From a virus, in the IMG/VR virus record IMGVR_UViG_3300020577_002861: a DNA stretch of 17,266 nucleotides; one strand, 5' to 3'. Both the position numbers and the translations under genes were made by a program. Positions 1 through 6,838 of this stretch are shown here, piece after piece; the stretch's first letter is position 1, and every line of letters starts with the position of its first letter. The notes beneath the pieces were generated by a model, which ran no database searches, was not told the DNA's origin, and saw nothing but the letters and a program-made list of their open reading frames with translations.

Positions 1-138
1 GTCTGGATAGACACCTCTGGTGTGCATCCTTAACACAATATCCCCCAAATAGTTATATTCATCCTCCGTAAATTCTACAATCCTTTTACTTTGCTCCGCC
101 TTTTGTTTAACCTTAAATAGTCGTTTTATAAATTCCAC
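1..138 (-). CDS. hypothetical protein, 3'-truncated by the window edge. A GTG start at 138 is inferred from the conserved upstream motif spacing
   Basis: The frame is open for 46 codons from GTG(138..136) to position 1 (VEFIKRLFKVKQKAEQSKRIVEFTEDEYNYLGDIVLRMHTRGVYPD...). It is preceded by the conserved motif at 151..164 with the same roughly 12-nt spacing seen at three other starts. Confidence 0.35.
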   Translation of the reverse strand, partial: MEFIKRLFKVKQKAEQSKRIVEFTEDEYNYLGDIVLRMHTRGVYPD

Positions 139-150
139 TATCTTCCGAAA

Positions 151-164
151 ATAATAAGTAAAAT
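151..164 (-). promoter_or_regulatory. conserved upstream motif ATTTTACTTATTAT (copy d), 12 nt before the GTG at 138
   Basis: One of four identical 14-mers, each 9-12 nt upstream of a start codon. Confidence 0.5.
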
Positions 165-175
165 CATACACACGC

Positions 176-544
176 CTAGTCACCAATTACATCTCTTATC
201 ACGTCTCCATCACAATTTAACCAACCACCAAGCCATACATGCTCATATTTAAGAACTACATTCTTACTCGCACTCAAAGCCTGCTTGGCCTTATCTATTA
301 AGTCTGTACTTCCATTGTTAATGCAGTACATATCCTCTTGTGATGTTTGTAGGTTAGTCTTAAAATAAACCGTAGTCCTATGTGAATAAAAATTTTCACT
401 AGTGTCTACTGCCGTTATATATCCCTTATGCTCCCCCTTTCCCACAACAACATTCAAAGGCACTACAAATGTCAGAAAAAATAATATTACTGTCGCCACA
501 ATAATTGCAGTCCAGCACCCACCACTTAACTCTAAATCGTCCAT
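176..544 (-). CDS. membrane protein with an N-terminal TM helix, unknown function
   Basis: 122-aa ORF with a hydrophobic stretch (CWTAIIVATVILFFLTFVVPLNVVV) near the N-terminus. The conserved ATTTTACTTATTAT motif lies 11 nt upstream of the ATG. It is co-oriented with its neighbours. Confidence 0.6.
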   Translation of the reverse strand: MDDLELSGGCWTAIIVATVILFFLTFVVPLNVVVGKGEHKGYITAVDTSENFYSHRTTVYFKTNLQTSQEDMYCINNGSTDLIDKAKQALSASKNVVLKYEHVWLGGWLNCDGDVIRDVIGD

Positions 545-555
545 TTTATCTAAAA

Positions 556-569
556 ATAATAAGTAAAAT
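556..569 (-). promoter_or_regulatory. conserved upstream motif ATTTTACTTATTAT (copy a), 11 nt before the ATG at 544
   Basis: Exact 14-mer repeat. The flanking ~30 nt also resemble copy b. Confidence 0.5.
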
Positions 570-597
570 TGCTGTAATTCCTAGTATCACTTTCTTG

Positions 598-963
598 TTA
601 ATAAATACTATTAATCTCGGTAATTTTCTTGGTTAGTAGCTCTCCAATCTTTTCTGAGGCATCGATCACTCCTTTAATGACAATCTTATTTGTATTTTCA
701 ATTACAAGTTCCTTAATATCTGTTTTGTTTTCCTTAACATATTTGCTAATTTCCTTTTTTAGTTCTTCCTTAAAATCCTCTGTGAAAATCGCCTCCCTAA
801 GTAGGTTTGCAATCTCATATTTGAAGTCCCAACTATCTATCTCTCTTATAGCCTGAACGATATTGTCACCTACAGCCTCTGCGACTGCCTTTGCAAATTC
901 TGGATTGTTGAAAGCAGCCTTAATAGCTTCTTTCTTAATGTCTTCTCTTAGTGGCTTTCCCAT
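598..963 (-). CDS. hypothetical helical protein
   Basis: 121-aa ORF with charged, helical-looking composition. The conserved motif lies 11 nt upstream of the ATG. Confidence 0.6.
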   Translation of the reverse strand: MGKPLREDIKKEAIKAAFNNPEFAKAVAEAVGDNIVQAIREIDSWDFKYEIANLLREAIFTEDFKEELKKEISKYVKENKTDIKELVIENTNKIVIKGVIDASEKIGELLTKKITEINSIY

Positions 964-967
964 TTTA

Positions 968-1066
968 TTAAAATATAATAAGTAAAATAGTTGTTATTGT
1001 AAGTATTCCCATGATCTTCCAAAACAACGGATTCTTTAGCACATCTATAGCAGTTTCGTTTTTCAT
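968..1066 (-). CDS. possible 32-aa single-TM micropeptide (MKNETAIDVLKNPLFWKIMGILTITTILLIIF)
   Basis: Its ATG overlaps the TGA of the upstream gene (ATGA at 1063..1066). The hydrophobic C-terminus ends 4 nt before the next ATG. However, its 3' end is encoded by the conserved DNA motif, so it may be a coding by-product. Confidence 0.22.
   Translation of the reverse strand: MKNETAIDVLKNPLFWKIMGILTITTILLIIF
975..988 (-). promoter_or_regulatory. conserved upstream motif ATTTTACTTATTAT (copy b), 11 nt before the ATG at 963
   Basis: Exact 14-mer repeat. Confidence 0.5.
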
Positions 1067-1272
1067 TTCGTTTCTTTAAGAGTTAAAACTGGCTTCCTTA
1101 ACATATTCCTGCACCAGACTATGAATTTATCCATCTTCTCGTCATCCTCATAGGCTACCATCATTAAGTTTAATAGATCTGTCTTGTTCATCTTCTCTAT
1201 CATCTTAAAGAATTTGAACTTGTCGTCTTCCCTATACATAACTATCATTGAGTGTAGTGATCTTTCTGTCAT
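1063..1272 (-). CDS. hypothetical protein
   Basis: 69-aa ORF lying 16 nt downstream of the preceding gene's stop. Acidic and Met-rich. Confidence 0.5.
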   Translation of the reverse strand: MTERSLHSMIVMYREDDKFKFFKMIEKMNKTDLLNLMMVAYEDDEKMDKFIVWCRNMLRKPVLTLKETK

Positions 1273-1288
1273 TGTAATGATTTAAAAA

Positions 1289-2095
1289 TTATTTAACCTC
1301 TACCGCAACCTGGTCGGCCGTTTGATAAAGACCTGGAATACCCGCCATTTCTCTCATCTCATTCATACTTCCAAACTTCTTTTTAAATGTCTTCCATACT
1401 GGCAAATCACGTCCATTCATATCTGAATACATAGGTGTTCTTCCCCTCTCTTTGTAGAAAGCTCTCAACATCTCTAGTAGATTCTCAACTTCATATCTCT
1501 CCAGTCTTTCATCACTCAGAGGTTTAAACCCCGCCCTTCTTACTGCTTCGGGATAACTTCCAAATGTCGTATAAATTGCGCCTACATACTTTCCCCCATA
1601 GCGCTTGACAAACTCAGTCTTACTTGGCACTCTTTCGAGTTCCTTTGCTAGATCCTTGATCTTTTGCATTAACTGGTCTGGACAAGTTCCCATTTTATTT
1701 TTATATTCAGCTGTCTTCTTCCATCTTCTCCCCCTATTTGTTTTCATGGATCTATACCTACTCTTGTTTAACTGTTCTTCTGTAAAGGGTATGTAGTGCT
1801 TTGAGACGCTTGAGTTTCTTAGATAACTCAGTCTTAGTTGATCCCTTCTTTTGTCCGATATTAAGGAAGTTCCCGTGCTTAATCCTAGCTCTTTTTTGTA
1901 CTGTGCCAGACTTTCAACCTTCCCGTTTGTACACCTTCTTATATGGGTAGTTGAGACTGTGTCATAGAACTCTCCACAGTAAGCGCATTGGATCTTGCCA
2001 TCACTAACCCTAGTTGCTACTGTTCCTATATAGCCATAGCCTTTTGTGAATTTCTTTAATGGTTCTTTGTAGTTTTTATAGATTACCTTTTCCAT
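1289..2095 (-). CDS. putative DNA-binding protein with a Cys/His zinc finger and two helical repeats (FGSxxEAxRxAG) like those in homing-endonuclease DNA-binding modules. No clear catalytic nuclease motif
   Basis: 268 aa. CAYCGEFYDTVSTTHIRRC near the N-terminus. Two repeat copies: VGAIYTTFGSYPEAVRRAGFKP and LPVWKTFKKKFGSMNEMREMAGIPG. An N-terminal VIY...YIG is only weakly GIY-YIG-like. Confidence 0.55.
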   Translation of the reverse strand: MEKVIYKNYKEPLKKFTKGYGYIGTVATRVSDGKIQCAYCGEFYDTVSTTHIRRCTNGKVESLAQYKKELGLSTGTSLISDKRRDQLRLSYLRNSSVSKHYIPFTEEQLNKSRYRSMKTNRGRRWKKTAEYKNKMGTCPDQLMQKIKDLAKELERVPSKTEFVKRYGGKYVGAIYTTFGSYPEAVRRAGFKPLSDERLERYEVENLLEMLRAFYKERGRTPMYSDMNGRDLPVWKTFKKKFGSMNEMREMAGIPGLYQTADQVAVEVK

Positions 2096-2182
2096 GTTAG
2101 CTAAATATTATTATTAGAATTATAATTAGAAAAATACTTCCACATGATAATCCGCATATTTCCATATAGTCGAATTAATAAA

Positions 2183-2593
2183 TTAAAGAAACCTTCCTAT
2201 TATGAATCCTGCTCCGAAAATAAGTCCCACAAGAAAGAGGATAACGGCCCAGTTAGTCTTGTATGTTGTAGCCTTTACTTCACCGTCTCCAATCTTCCAT
2301 GAATAAGACTCAAGATATTTATCTGCCAAGGTCTCGCGCACCCTTTCTCCGTCTTCTCTTTCCTTCGCTTTTTCAAGTTCCCTTAGTCTCAGCTCCACAT
2401 TTGCACTTCTCTCGTCTGGGAACAGGTCACACTCATTTAACTGTGGATGTCCTATGAAGGTATACACGTACTCTGATATATAATTAGAGCTTAGTGCCTT
2501 GTAAACAGTAAGTTCTCTAACATATTCTCCGTCTTTAACTACCCAAACAGTACTTCCGTTCTTATACTTTTGCTCTCTCTTTTTCTTTCTCAT
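2183..2593 (-). CDS. C-terminally membrane-anchored protein, unknown function
   Basis: 136 aa with a C-terminal hydrophobic helix (WAVILFLVGLIFGAGFIIGRFL). The conserved motif lies 9 nt upstream of the ATG. Confidence 0.6.
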   Translation of the reverse strand: MRKKKREQKYKNGSTVWVVKDGEYVRELTVYKALSSNYISEYVYTFIGHPQLNECDLFPDERSANVELRLRELEKAKEREDGERVRETLADKYLESYSWKIGDGEVKATTYKTNWAVILFLVGLIFGAGFIIGRFL

Positions 2594-2602
2594 TGTAAAA
2601 TT

Positions 2603-2616
2603 ATAATAAGTAAAAT
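2603..2616 (-). promoter_or_regulatory. conserved upstream motif ATTTTACTTATTAT (copy c), 9 nt before the ATG at 2593. It includes TATAAT
   Basis: Exact 14-mer repeat followed by AATTTTACA ATG. Confidence 0.5.
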
Positions 2617-2619
2617 TAT

Positions 2620-2826
2620 TTAGTCGGTATCTATCGTGCTATCCCAAGAAGTTCGAACATGGTCTTTATATCCTTCGACTGCCCGTTCTACACGCATCCT
2701 GTCTAACGCCCTACGAAGCCTGTCGGGGGCGGTTTCACCATAAAAATCATTCAGATTAACCCTCACCCTTGCCTCAACCTCAATCACATCTTCTTTCGGT
2801 TTTATAATTTCAAATTTCTTTTTCAT
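2620..2826 (-). CDS. hypothetical protein
   Basis: 68-aa ORF. Its ATG overlaps the upstream gene's stop (ATGA at 2823..2826). Confidence 0.5.
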   Translation of the reverse strand: MKKKFEIIKPKEDVIEVEARVRVNLNDFYGETAPDRLRRALDRMRVERAVEGYKDHVRTSWDSTIDTD

Positions 2827-3080
2827 TCTTTTCCAACTAGCTTCAAAGCCTCTGCATATCTCTTCTTTGGTTTAAAGTGATATTTCTTAACAAACCCGAA
2901 GTCTACAACGCCCTTTGCAAGTAGCCTGCTTCTGGCCACTGATAGTTCTTGCATATTTATTCCTGTTCCAATCAATACCTCTCCAAGTGTTGGGGGTTTC
3001 TTGCTGGTTTCCATGTACTTGAGTATATATGCCAATGTTTTTTGCTCGTCTTTAGAAAGTACTAATTTCTTCGTTTTCAT
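2823..3080 (-). CDS. putative winged-helix/HTH transcriptional regulator
   Basis: 85 aa. PTLGEVLIGTGINMQELSVARSRLLAKGVV resembles a MarR/wHTH recognition helix plus wing. Confidence 0.5.
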   Translation of the reverse strand: MKTKKLVLSKDEQKTLAYILKYMETSKKPPTLGEVLIGTGINMQELSVARSRLLAKGVVDFGFVKKYHFKPKKRYAEALKLVGKE

Positions 3081-3096
3081 ATAATATAATTAAAAA

Positions 3097-3465
3097 TTAT
3101 TCGTATTTACTAATCTTGGCTTTCAAATATTCTGCAATTCTCTCTATCTCCTTTAGGTAAAACACCTCTGAATTTCCCTCTGGTCTTCCTGATTTCTCCC
3201 ATAAAACATATATCAATCCCCTAATTCTCTGACTTGGTGTCTTCTCCGAATCGGTCTTTATTTCCTTTACCTCTGGCATATCTTCAAACTTAAAGTCTTC
3301 CTTAAAGTCTTCTTTCTGTATTGCTACCTTTGCACCTTCACTCTTCAAAGCGAATAGCATTGCCATTTCTTCTGGTGGTAACTCTTGGGCATCTAGGATT
3401 ATCCTAGTCCATGTTTCCATTGTTGTTACCTTGTTGATGTCTGCTCTAAACTGTACCGTTTTCAT
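3097..3465 (-). CDS. hypothetical acidic protein
   Basis: 122-aa ORF overlapping the upstream gene by 20 nt. Confidence 0.5.
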   Translation of the reverse strand: MKTVQFRADINKVTTMETWTRIILDAQELPPEEMAMLFALKSEGAKVAIQKEDFKEDFKFEDMPEVKEIKTDSEKTPSQRIRGLIYVLWEKSGRPEGNSEVFYLKEIERIAEYLKAKISKYE

Positions 3466-3646
3466 CTTTCTTTACCTTTTCAAAATTATAAGTAACCAAT
3501 ACGTCTGAAACACCACTATATTTAGGAATCGCAATAATATCTATAATTCCTCCCCAATAAAGGTCTTTTCTATTTGCCATGATGTCGCACCAATCATTGA
3601 TCTCCTCATCGACCCCATAAGAGTTAAATAGTTTTGTCCTTATCAT
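3446..3646 (-). CDS. hypothetical protein
   Basis: 66-aa ORF with both ends overlapping its neighbours. A partial copy of the conserved motif (ATTATAAGTAA) lies inside it at 3481..3496. Confidence 0.4.
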   Translation of the reverse strand: MIRTKLFNSYGVDEEINDWCDIMANRKDLYWGGIIDIIAIPKYSGVSDVLVTYNFEKVKKDENGTV

Positions 3647-4172
3647 TTATTGCATCTTCTAATATCTTAATTTGTTCCTCTATCCATTTCTTAATTACGT
3701 TTCTTGTTCTTGTATTGAACACTACTCCATAGGTTTCGGTTGCCCCGCTCTCTTTTGTTATTCTTTGGAACTCTCCCCACTTTGCCCTAGGCTCTAGTAA
3801 CGAGTAAAAGTGTAACTGCTCCCTCTCATACCCATAAAGGTGGTGTTCTGGGTCTTTATCTCTCTCTGTAAACACCTTATAAATGCTATTTTTCGTAAGT
3901 TTGTAATCCGTTATCTTTAACCAGTCCTCATCCCATAAGTCTAATATTCCAACTAAAGTGTGCTTACCAAACTTTAGCTCAATCTTCTTCTCGTGCTCCA
4001 CATTACCACTTGTTGGAAGTGGAGTTATCTTGCTTTCCTGTATCTTGCGATGTGCCAATTTCCCATCTTCTGCTCTTTCACTGGTTGGCATCTCAAGCCC
4101 CATCATCATCTCCAACGCTCCCTGTATATCTCCATCTGATACTTTTTTTAAGGCGCTAAAACTTATTCTCAT
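3624..4172 (-). CDS. putative PD-(D/E)xK recombination exonuclease (RecB/YqaJ-like), partner of the ERF protein
   Basis: 182 aa. It carries the motifs LVGILDLW (hhGxhD), ITDYKLTK (D-x-K) and EQLHFY (QhxxY-like). It is encoded one gene downstream of the ERF recombinase. Confidence 0.45.
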   Translation of the reverse strand: MRISFSALKKVSDGDIQGALEMMMGLEMPTSERAEDGKLAHRKIQESKITPLPTSGNVEHEKKIELKFGKHTLVGILDLWDEDWLKITDYKLTKNSIYKVFTERDKDPEHHLYGYEREQLHFYSLLEPRAKWGEFQRITKESGATETYGVVFNTRTRNVIKKWIEEQIKILEDAINDKDKTI

Positions 4173-4552
4173 CTTCTTGCCACTTCTATTATTTCTTCAA
4201 TAAGCCTGTCTACTTCCTCTACATTTCCATCGTCAGGTTTCCCTGTTCCCCCTATCATTGCGATACGAGCTATCCTTGATGCCACTTCGATCTTCACTAA
4301 CAACAAAGGGGTATCTTCTGAGGATTTCTGTCCTATGGCCTTTGTGGGCCTTACCCCGCTAAATATTTCTTCAATAGCCTCAACAGAGCCATCAACCAGC
4401 GCCCCTGTTTCTTCAAGTGTTGGTGGTTTGCCCCTGGTCTTGTCCGTAAGCTTTGCCGATTCTGTTAAGAAGTTGTAAAGCTCTTTCATTATTTCTAGCT
4501 TTCTTAGCTCTTTTAGCTGGTCTTCTCTAATGTCTTTAAGGTTTGTTTTCAT
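4169..4552 (-). CDS. hypothetical protein between the recombinase and the nuclease
   Basis: 127-aa ORF. Its stop overlaps the ATG of the next gene (ATGA at 4169..4172). Confidence 0.5.
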   Translation of the reverse strand: MKTNLKDIREDQLKELRKLEIMKELYNFLTESAKLTDKTRGKPPTLEETGALVDGSVEAIEEIFSGVRPTKAIGQKSSEDTPLLLVKIEVASRIARIAMIGGTGKPDDGNVEEVDRLIEEIIEVARR

Positions 4553-4569
4553 TTTATCTATTTAATAAA

Positions 4570-5205
4570 TTAGTCTTTTGATTCAATCTTTTCGTATCTC
4601 TCGGCCATAACCTCTTCAATTATCTGCGCAATAGATTCTGGATATAGATCTATATTAGCTACAAATTTATCATTAATCTTATCTAGTGCTTCTATGGTAT
4701 CCGCCTTCGCTATTGCTTCTAATGTCCTGTCTTTTAATGCCGACATATCAGGTTTGGTTTGTGGCACTGCTGGTTTATATGGGGTCTTAGCGACTTCTTT
4801 GTCCTTGCTATTATCCATACCATCAGGGTCATTCTTTGCATCGTCTATTAGGAATAGCCCGCCTAGTGCATACTTTCTCGCATAACTAGATGCCGTTCCT
4901 GTTAGTTGTGGGTCGGACATTTTAGGTCTTGCCACCTCTTCCCTTGCTAGCGCTGTAACCTCTATCGAATCTTTTCCATCCGTAAACTTTGCGGTAGCTT
5001 CAAGATAAAACCTATCTCCCAGCATTATCATCTTGTCAGATAATAAGACTAAATCTCCATTAAGCATTGGTTTGACCGCTTCTAATATTCCCTCACAACT
5101 TCTATAATTAAAATTACCAAAGTCATTATGAATGTTCTTGGGGGACTTTAATCCAATCTGTATCTTTGCCAATCTCTCGTATAAGTTAGTCTTTGTTTTT
5201 TCCAT
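4570..5205 (-). CDS. erf: ERF-family single-strand annealing protein (recombinase)
   Basis: 211 aa. The N-terminal LYERLAKIQIGLKSPKNIHNDFGNFNYRSCEGILEAVKPML and the later TGTASSYARKYALGGLF closely match my recollection of phage P22 Erf (FYARLAEIQEHLNAPKNQYNSFGKYKYRSCEDILEGVKPLL ... SSYARKY). Confidence 0.8.
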   Translation of the reverse strand: MEKTKTNLYERLAKIQIGLKSPKNIHNDFGNFNYRSCEGILEAVKPMLNGDLVLLSDKMIMLGDRFYLEATAKFTDGKDSIEVTALAREEVARPKMSDPQLTGTASSYARKYALGGLFLIDDAKNDPDGMDNSKDKEVAKTPYKPAVPQTKPDMSALKDRTLEAIAKADTIEALDKINDKFVANIDLYPESIAQIIEEVMAERYEKIESKD

Positions 5206-5374
5206 ATGTTTGTTCTAATAAATTAATAATCATTTTGGAGAACCTATTTATTACTTCCTCGACCTCGTCTTCGTCTCTTATGGAGGTAGCTTCTATAGCA
5301 AAGAGAGCTAGGTAGCATTTAACCGCAAGTTCCCTATCCTTTGCTTCCGCATCAATTTTGAACTTTCTTTTCAT
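5186..5374 (-). CDS. hypothetical protein
   Basis: 62-aa ORF overlapping both neighbours. Confidence 0.4.
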   Translation of the reverse strand: MKRKFKIDAEAKDRELAVKCYLALFAIEATSIRDEDEVEEVINRFSKMIINLLEQTYGKNKD

Positions 5375-5573
5375 TCTTTTCTTTTAATAATTTAACTTGG
5401 GGCTTTCTATAAACTATAACCATTCTTACTGTCTTGTCTGTACTATCCATTGAAAATGACTTTACTGCTATGTCCCTACTACCCATAAGACCTTCTAATT
5501 CTCCCACCGTAATCTCTTTCCAGTCCATAACCCTAATCTCTGTAACTGGATTGGTAAGCGTTCTTCTTCGCAT
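5352..5573 (-). CDS. hypothetical protein
   Basis: 73-aa ORF, co-oriented and tightly packed. Confidence 0.45.
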   Translation of the reverse strand: MRRRTLTNPVTEIRVMDWKEITVGELEGLMGSRDIAVKSFSMDSTDKTVRMVIVYRKPQVKLLKEKNEKKVQN

Positions 5574-5589
5574 TTTAAAAGATTAATAA

Positions 5590-5802
5590 TTAAACATCAG
5601 AATCGCCGTAGCCTTCCAGCTTCTCTGCTGGTTCTTCGCTATCGTAGTGGTCATCAAAATTTGAATTTGGTTCATATGTATCGGTTTCAGTTAGAATATA
5701 CCCCGCTGGGATACTGAACTTAAACACTTGGTTCTCGGCCAATATCTCTCCCGTCTCTAGGTCTATTAGCCTTTTTTGTTCCACTGTCTTCGTGTCGAAC
5801 AT
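5590..5802 (-). CDS. hypothetical acidic protein. Start placed at the ATG at 5802, since the GTG at 5841 in the track falls inside the promoter
   Basis: The ORF is open from 5841, but a near-consensus sigma70 promoter (TTGACA-17-TATACT) occupies 5832..5860. This predicts a transcription start near 5824, so the first usable start is the ATG at 5802 (MFDTKTVEQKRL...). Confidence 0.5.
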   Translation of the reverse strand: MFDTKTVEQKRLIDLETGEILAENQVFKFSIPAGYILTETDTYEPNSNFDDHYDSEEPAEKLEGYGDSDV

Positions 5803-5831
5803 TTTGAGTTGGTAATATTTAACTGTTGAGA

Positions 5832-5860
5832 AGTATACCACTGATTAGTATATTTGTCAA
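5832..5860 (-). promoter_or_regulatory. near-consensus sigma70-type promoter TTGACA-N17-TATACT
   Basis: Minus strand: TTGACA (5860..5855), an exact 17-nt spacer, TATACT (5837..5832). It lies directly downstream of an intrinsic terminator and upstream of the ATG at 5802. Confidence 0.5.
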
Positions 5861-5871
5861 CCCCCTATAAG

Positions 5872-5901
5872 AGCAATAAAAAGAGCCGTTTCCAGCTCTT
5901 T
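5872..5901 (-). terminator. rho-independent terminator after the zinc-ribbon gene
   Basis: Minus strand: stem AAAGAGC / GCTCTTT around an 8-nt loop, followed by TTATTGC, which extends the U-rich tract. Confidence 0.5.
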
Positions 5902-5921
5902 GTGTTAATTACTTATCCGAT

Positions 5922-6122
5922 TTATCTCCAACCCGAAATCCCCTTTCTCCTGGCTATCTTCATACACTCAACAGAACAGAACCTCTGCTTGGTCTTGTAC
6001 CATTGTGGAAAGAATTTAATTTTCTTTTCGCAGATTTCACAAACACAGATTATAAAGTCTGTCCTCTTGCGTCTTCCTCTTTTACTTGGTATCATATAAG
6101 TCTTGTTGTTATTTTTACCCAA
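5922..6122 (-). CDS. small basic zinc-ribbon protein
   Basis: 66 aa with CVCEICEKK...CSVEC (two Cys pairs) and a basic N-terminus. An intrinsic terminator follows it. Confidence 0.5.
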   Translation of the reverse strand: MGKNNNKTYMIPSKRGRRKRTDFIICVCEICEKKIKFFPQWYKTKQRFCSVECMKIARRKGISGWR

Positions 6123-6156
6123 AGACTGGGGTTCGAAAGGGTTTCTGGTCTTTAGG

Positions 6157-6573
6157 TTAAGCTAATAAGCCCTTGTAATAATCATATTTCTTTTGAAAGT
6201 CTTCCTCTGTCCATTTAGTAACTACCCTCTCATAAAAATCTAGTTCCTGTAATATTCCATAGCCATATTGCTCTTCTAGTTTCACTGCGTATACACTTAG
6301 GTTTCCAGACTTGAAATGATTGCATTTTTTGCATTGGCAATGGACATTTTTCTCGTTATACCTCAGTGATAGCCCCGTAACTGATTTAGGTTTATAGTGT
6401 CCTGCCTGTGGCTGGTTAGTAGAACCACAACAGTAGCAGGTATAACTGTCTCTTTTTCGAATATAGGCATTAAATACCCTGTCGAGTTTCTCAATCCAAG
6501 ATCCTCGACTTAGTTTCTTTTTCCCCAACTGTTTTTCTTTTGAGTAGCTAATCATCTGATTCTGTACTTTCAA
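6157..6573 (-). CDS. HNH-type endonuclease, possibly NinG/Rap-like
   Basis: 138 aa with CYCCGSTNQPQAGHY...RYNEKNVHCQCKKCNHFKSGN (Cys pairs plus a His/Asn core). The track start is TTG. An in-frame ATG at 6555 is a plausible alternative start. Confidence 0.65.
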   Translation of the reverse strand: MKVQNQMISYSKEKQLGKKKLSRGSWIEKLDRVFNAYIRKRDSYTCYCCGSTNQPQAGHYKPKSVTGLSLRYNEKNVHCQCKKCNHFKSGNLSVYAVKLEEQYGYGILQELDFYERVVTKWTEEDFQKKYDYYKGLLA

Positions 6574-6772
6574 AGTCTCCTGTTTTAATGTCTACTAAAT
6601 ATCCAAGCCTAATACTTGCTATGATCTCCACCATGCAAGAGTGGATAATCGCCTTGCTGATAGGTTCGGATACTTCTACCAGCCCTGTAGCGTCTTTTTT
6701 ATGCGTGATTAGAGTCCTACCCTCTGGTATTCCTCTCCATTGTTTTATTGTGAAGTATGCTTCATTTTCCAT
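6548..6772 (-). CDS. hypothetical protein
   Basis: 74-aa ORF. A GC-rich direct-repeat cluster (GGGCAGT, three copies) lies immediately upstream. Confidence 0.45.
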   Translation of the reverse strand: MENEAYFTIKQWRGIPEGRTLITHKKDATGLVEVSEPISKAIIHSCMVEIIASIRLGYLVDIKTGDFESTESDD

Positions 6773-6775
6773 TTC

Positions 6776-6838
6776 AACTGCCCCATAATTTAATTATCCT
6801 TATTCATCAGTACTTTAGACTGCCCCACGACTGCCCTA
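6776..6838 (-). repeat. three direct copies of GGGCAGT (TGGGGCAGT x2 plus AGGGCAGT) upstream of the 6548..6772 gene
   Basis: On the plus strand, ctgcccca at 6778..6785 and 6820..6827, and ctgcccta at 6831..6838. The two distal copies are 10-11 bp apart. A GC-rich octamer is unusual in this AT-rich DNA. Confidence 0.5.

Noticed and set aside
545-590. Mini-ORFs encoding ...ILLII(F) at each copy of the conserved motif (e.g. GTG at 590 to 546, and MILLIIFGR at 167..138)
   Set aside because: The peptide similarity is a by-product of the identical DNA 14-mer read in one frame. Copy c has no start codon. The motif frame differs relative to the downstream gene among copies. Only the ATGA-coupled 968..1066 version is kept, as a low-confidence CDS.
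629-856. Plus-strand ORFs throughout the early block (629..856, 1605..1796, 3958..4203, 4694..4885, 5854..6099, 6588..6788, 6757..6942, 7110..7295, 8350..8571, 9210..9422, 9674..9871)
   Set aside because: All are antisense to continuous, better-supported minus-strand genes. They have low-complexity Leu/Ser/Phe-rich translations typical of the reverse strand of AT-rich coding DNA, and no start context.
1289-2095. GIY-YIG catalytic core at the N-terminus of the 268-aa protein (VIY...YIG)
   Set aside because: The spacing between the two triplets is about 15 residues, not 10-11. The downstream catalytic Arg and Glu are not in register.
141-2620. Interpreting the conserved 14-mer as a sigma70 -10/-35 promoter or a T4 MotA-box middle promoter
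   Set aside because: No TTGACA-like hexamer sits 17 nt upstream of the embedded TATTAT in any copy. The similarity to a MotA box (TGCTTtA) is only partial (TTACTTAT).
6110-6150. tRNA-like GGTTCGAAA T-loop motif (ctggggttcgaaagggtttctgg)
   Set aside because: The flanks cannot form a T-stem, acceptor stem or anticodon arm. No cloverleaf is possible.
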